64,000 nucleotides of DNA from the NCBI RefSeq assembly GCF_032191835.1, contig NC_083237.1:1426001-1490000 (forward strand), read 5' to 3'. Source of the DNA: Heteronotia binoei (lineage: Eukaryota). Every line of letters begins with the position of its first letter. Position 1 is the stretch's first letter. Of this stretch, positions 59,201 to 64,000 are shown piece after piece. The position numbers and the translations under genes are program-made. The notes below the pieces were generated by a model. It saw only the letters and a list, made by a program, of their open reading frames with translations. It made no database searches and was not told where the DNA came from.

Positions 59201-60726
59201 GGGATGACTGGAGAGGCAGAGATAATAAACAGCGCTTCCTTCCTTTCTACCCTGCTTTTGAGCATCCCAGGATGATCTTTGGGGCTGCTTTGCAGGATCA
59301 GGCCAGAAGTGCTCCTCTGCTCTCTTTAACAGTCGGTGGCCTACCGTGTTCCCTCTAAGCTGAGTTTGCATGAGCCAACTCACAGATCTTTAGCCTCCAG
59401 CTCACACATTTTTGTCTTAGCTCAGGAAGGATGACCCCAGAGCACATTAATCGATGCGGTAGCTCATTAATGCCAGTAACGCACCAAGTAAGAGTTTTTT
59501 GCTCACAAGACTGCAGCTTAGAGAGAACATTGGTTGTCTTGATTAGGGTCTGGAGATATACTGCCTTTGAACATGGCGGTTCTACATTTAGTCAATCATA
59601 GCTAAGAGCCCCTGGTTTGGCCAGTTTCCATATAAACTGATTCCTTTTTCTAAAATCATCTGGGGTGTTAGAGATGCGTTTGATGTTAGCTGCAGATTCC
59701 ATGCTGGGTTTATGTTGGGTGCCCCTCAGTGTCTGTGGCTGGCCTTGGACTCCTGGATTTCAAGAGAAAGCAAACCACATCTATTTATTCTCCCTGTGCT
59801 GTTTCTAATCATTAACCTCAACTGCTGGACCCCCCCCCCGCCCCTTTTGTCTCTTGCTCTCCTGCCGAAAGAGTCCAGTTTTTCAGGGTCCTGTTCCAAC
59901 CTCTCCAGTGTCCTCTGGGCTTTTCCACGCACCGTTTCTGGCTCACTTGTGTTCCCTTGCAGTTCTGCCCATTCTTGCAAATCTCGCTTAAATCAGGACA
60001 GGGTAATTGTGGGATGTTGTCTGTGGCAGAAGAACTCACCTGTGGCGTTTTGTGCTTGCCCGCCGTCTTGTTTGGACCGGCCTGTTGCTTGTCCAGAGCC
60101 CACTTTTTGCCAGATGGCAAGGTCCCTGGGGAAGAGGGCACTCCCTGCCATCGGCAGCCAGGGTCGTATGGTGGAGCATGGAGGCTCAGCTCGTCGTGGG
60201 AGAGTTGGAATTTGAGGCCAGGGCTGGGGTTTCTAGCTCAGGCTGGGGACCCCGGAGTGCCTGCAGGTTGTGTGGACTCCTGCAGCGAGCACCGAGGGGA
60301 GGGGATTTGGGTCTGATCCAGTGAGGCACTTAAAGTTTGTGGCATGGAATCAATTAAGACAGATCATTCATGCCCCAGCTGCAGAAAGAGATCCGAGGTC
60401 CCAGAGTAGACCTTCTTCCTTTGCGAATGTTATACGCTGGAGGCCAGTTTGGTGTAGTGGTTAAGAGCACAGACTCTGATCTGGGAGAACTGGATTTGAT
60501 TCCCCACTCCTCCACGTATGCAGCTGCTGGCGTGGCCTTTGATCAGCCTCAGTTCTCTCAGAGCCATTCTCTCAAGAGTAGTTCTCTGAGAGATCTGTCA
60601 GCCTTACCTGCCTCACAGGGCGTCTGTTGTGGGGAGAGGAAGAGAAGGGGATTGTAAGCCGCTCTGAGCCTTTGAGTGAAGGGTGGGGTATAAATCCAAT
60701 CTCTTCCTCTCTTTATTTGAATATTC

Positions 60727-60908
60727 CAGGGCTTTTTTTGTAGCAGGAACTCCTTTGCCTCTTAGGCCAAACTCCTCTTATGAAGCCAGTCCTCCAAGAG
60801 TATACAGGGCTCTTCTTCCAGGGCCAACTGTAAGCTCTTGGAGGACTGGCTACATGAAGGGTGTGCGGCCTAATCGGCAAAGGAGATCCTGCTACCAAAA
60901 AAGCCCTG
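60727..60908. mobile_element. MITE with ~25-bp TIRs
   Basis: cagggctttttttgtagcaggaactcc / ggagatcctgctaccaaaaaagccctg. Flanks gaatattc / ggatattt (6/8). Confidence 0.75.
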
Positions 60909-62084
60909 GGATATTTTATTTATATATCATCCACCTTTTCCCTCGGTGTCTTAAAGCAGATTATACCATGCGAGTCAATGCAGGCAATGGGATGAGACAT
61001 CCAGTAAAGAAGCCATGTTTGGTGTAGTGGTTAAGTGTGCGGACTCTTATCTGGGAGAACCGGGTTTGATTTCCCACTCCTCCACTTGCACCTGCTGGAA
61101 TGGCCTTGGGTCAGCCATAGTGGTGAAGTGTGCGGACTCTTATCTGGGAGAACCGGGTTTGATTCCCCGCTCCTCTACTTGCAGCTGCTGGCATGGCCTT
61201 GGGTCAGCCATAGCTCTGGCAGAGGTTGTCCTTGAAAGGGCAGCTGCTGTGAGAGCCCTCTCCAGCCCCACCCACCTCACAGGGAGTCTGTTGTGGGGAA
61301 GAAAAATAAAGGAGATTGTAAGCTGCTCTGAGATTCAGAGTGGAGGGTGGAAGAGAGCCAGTTTGGTGTAGTGGTGAAGTGTGCGGATTCTTATCTGGGA
61401 GAACCGGGTTCGATTCCCCACTCCTGCACTTGCACCTGCTGGAACGGACTTGGGTCAGCCATAGCTCTGGCAGAGATTGTCCTTGAAAGGGCAGCTGCTG
61501 TGAGAGCCCTCTCAGCCCCACCCACCTCACAGGGTGTCTGTTGTGGGGGAGGAAGGGAAAGGAGATTGTGAGCCGCTCTGAGACTCTTCGGAGTGGAGGG
61601 CGGGATATAAATCCAATATCTTCTTAATGTGGGGCCTGGAAGTGCTGTCTGGCTGCAGCTGACCTACGACCACCCCTCATGGGGCTTTTCAAGGCAGGTG
61701 GTGTTCAGAGGTGGCTCACCCTTGCCTGCCTCTGCGTAGCGTCCCTGAACTCCCTTGGTCATCTCCCCTCCAAGTCCCAATCAGGGCTGACCCTGGTGAG
61801 CTTCCCAGCCAGCCTGTCCCACCCAGCTCAGAGTAAGCAATGGTGGAAATCTGAAACAAAGCCCATATAGGAATGGGATAGATTAAATGAGGCAGGAATT
61901 ACACAGCAGGGTCACATATATGACGACTGCAGATTTATACCCCGCCCTTCTCTCTGAATCAGAGACTCAGAGCGGCTCACAACCTCCTATATCTTCTCCT
62001 GCCTTGGAAAGCCCCATGAGGGGTGGTCGTAGGTCAGCTGCAGCCGGATAGCACTTTCCAGCCCCACATTAACATTAACTGCTC

Positions 62085-62500
62085 AACATTAGGAAGAACT
62101 TCCTGACTGTTAGAGCGGTTCCTCAGTGGAACAGGCTTCCTCCTCGGGAGGAGATGGAGGTTTTTAAGCAGAGGCTCCATCTGACAGCAATGAGGATCCT
62201 GTGAATTTAGGGGGAGGGGTTTGTGAGTTTCCTGCCTTGTGCAGAGGGCTGGACTAGATGACCCTAGAAGTCCCTTCCAACTCTGTGATTCCTGACCATT
62301 AGAGTGGTTCCTCAGTGGAAGAGGCTTCCTCCTTGGGAGGTGGTGGGCTCTCCTTCCTTGGAGGTTTTTCAACAGAGGCTAGAGGGCCACCTGAAAGCAA
62401 TGAAGATCCTGTGAATTTAAGGGGAGGGGTTTGTGAGTTTCCTGCATTGTGCAGGGGGTTGGACTTGATGACCCTAGAGGTCCCTCACAACTCTATGATT
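62085..62500 (+). mobile_element. Two tandem CR1 3' ends
   Basis: Same subfamily as 30460-31232. Confidence 0.85.
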
Positions 62501-64000
62501 CATCCCACAACAGACACCCTGTTAGGTGGGTGGGGCTGAGAGAGCTCTTACAGCAGCTGCCCTTTCAAGGACAACTCCTTTGAGCTCTGGCTAACCCAAT
62601 GCCATTCCAGCAGCAGCAAGTGGAGGAGTGGGGAATCAAACCCGGTTCTCCCAGATAAGAGTCTGCACACTTAACCACTACGCCAAACTGGCTCTCACAA
62701 TTTGCCACAGGGCGCACATAGTGCATGAAGTGATATATGAGCCACCATCTTCTGTTAAAGCATCTTTCTGAACCATTTTGAAATGGAAGCGAGTTTGAGT
62801 CTAGCGGCCCTTTTAAGACCAACGAAGTTTAATTCTGGGTTTAAGCTTTCATGTGTGTCTTTGTGGGTCTTAAAGGGGCGGCTGGACTCAAACTGTTCTG
62901 TTGCTTCAGCCCGGAACGGTGACCTGCCTGGATCCATTTTGTAACAGCACAGCCTTCTTACCTGTATAAAATGCCCTCCGGAATCATGAGGCTTTGCATA
63001 GTTTTTAGAATGCTGGGTGTTGGGGGTGGGTGGGGCCTTCCTGACCTCCTCTGGCATTGTTCTTCATGCTGGGGGCCACAACTGAGAAGGCATGCATTCG
63101 GAGCTGTGAGGGTCCTAGCAAGGAGGTGTTACAACATGCATTGGGGGAGGGCGTTGGGGTGCCTTGAGGTGCAATAGAGGCAGAGTTGGGGGCTGCTGTG
63201 CCCTCTGAATCTTGGGCTACAGTTCCCAAACAGCCTTTCTTGGGGGGGGGGTGTTGGCTACCCCTCCCCGGACCACCCTGGGGTCTGACTGGTGTGGCCT
63301 TGCTTCTTCCGGGGGGGGGGGCTATAAAGGGAGTGTTTGGGGCCCTGAAGACATCCAATCCCTCTCTGCACGCAGAGACAAGACGCGTCTGCTTGCAGTT
63401 AGGTCGGAAGCAAGGTGCTGGGAACCGTGCCCTGAGTTTAATTAAAAAGTCTCCACCGGGTATAGGGTGCGGCCCTTTCTTCTAGGGCAGGGGTGGGGAG
63501 GGGGGAGGCTGCAATTTGTGACTCCCCTTAGAAGGGCCCGTGGCGCAGAGTGGTAAAGCAGCAGTACTGCAGTATTGTGGTCTGAACTCTCTGCTCGCGA
63601 CTTGAGTTCGATTCCGGCGGAAGCTGGATTCAGGTAGCCGGCCCAAGGTTGACTCAGCCTTCCATCTTTCCTAGGTCGGTAAAAGGAGTCCCCAGCTTGC
63701 TGGGGGGGAAGTGTAAGACTGGGGAAGGCAATGGCAAACCACCCTGTAAAAAGTCTGCTGTGAAAACGTGAAAGCAGCGTCGCCCCAGAGTCGGAAACGA
63801 TTGGTGCTTGCACAGGGGTCTACCTTTACCTTTTTGAAGCCCTGTGGCGCAGAGTGGTAAAGCTGCAGTACTGCAGTCCAAGCTCTGCTCACGACCTGAG
63901 TTTGATCCCCAGCAGAAGCTGGGTTTTCAGGTAGCTGGCTTGAGGTTGACTCAGCCTTCCATCCTTCCAAGGTCGGTAAAATGAGTGCCCAGCTTGCTGG

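Noticed and set aside
59700-60330. Several 85-167-aa ORFs in EPHB4 intron 1 as possible exon 2
   Set aside because: None resembles the EPHB4 ligand-binding domain start (ETLLNTKLE...), and no suitable phase-1 exon was found.

Overview
This is vertebrate genomic DNA, not prokaryotic. Sauria-SINE, Squam-type SINE, BovB, CR1 and Penelope-like content point to a squamate, most likely a gecko (inference). Four protein-coding genes were reconstructed by hand from splice signals, frame phases and similarity to the human proteins as I remember them. ZCWPW1 (minus strand, 22285->1635, at least 14 coding exons) has intact zf-CW and PWWP domains. MEPCE (plus, 28853-34885, 4 exons, 632 aa) lies head-to-head with ZCWPW1 on a shared CpG-island promoter. 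PPP1R35 (minus, 40859->36645, 4 coding exons, 267 aa) converges tail-to-tail with MEPCE. Only the signal-peptide exon of EPHB4 is seen (plus, 55917-55968); I did not recognise its exon 2 in the window. The ZCWPW1-MEPCE-PPP1R35 block matches human 7q22.1, but EPHB4 follows directly instead of SPACDR/TSC22D4/NYAP1, implying a rearrangement. The rest is dense in retroelement 3' ends, SINEs and hAT-like MITEs. Most long ORFs in the supplied track are GC-rich shadows or repeat-derived. I found no CRISPR array, intact tRNA gene or clearly novel system. The best leads are CR1-3'-end minisatellites with higher-order periodicity, extra candidate ZCWPW1 promoters, the synteny break with possible orphan exons, a large Penelope-type fold-back, and an isolated tRNA T-arm hairpin at the PPP1R35 promoter.
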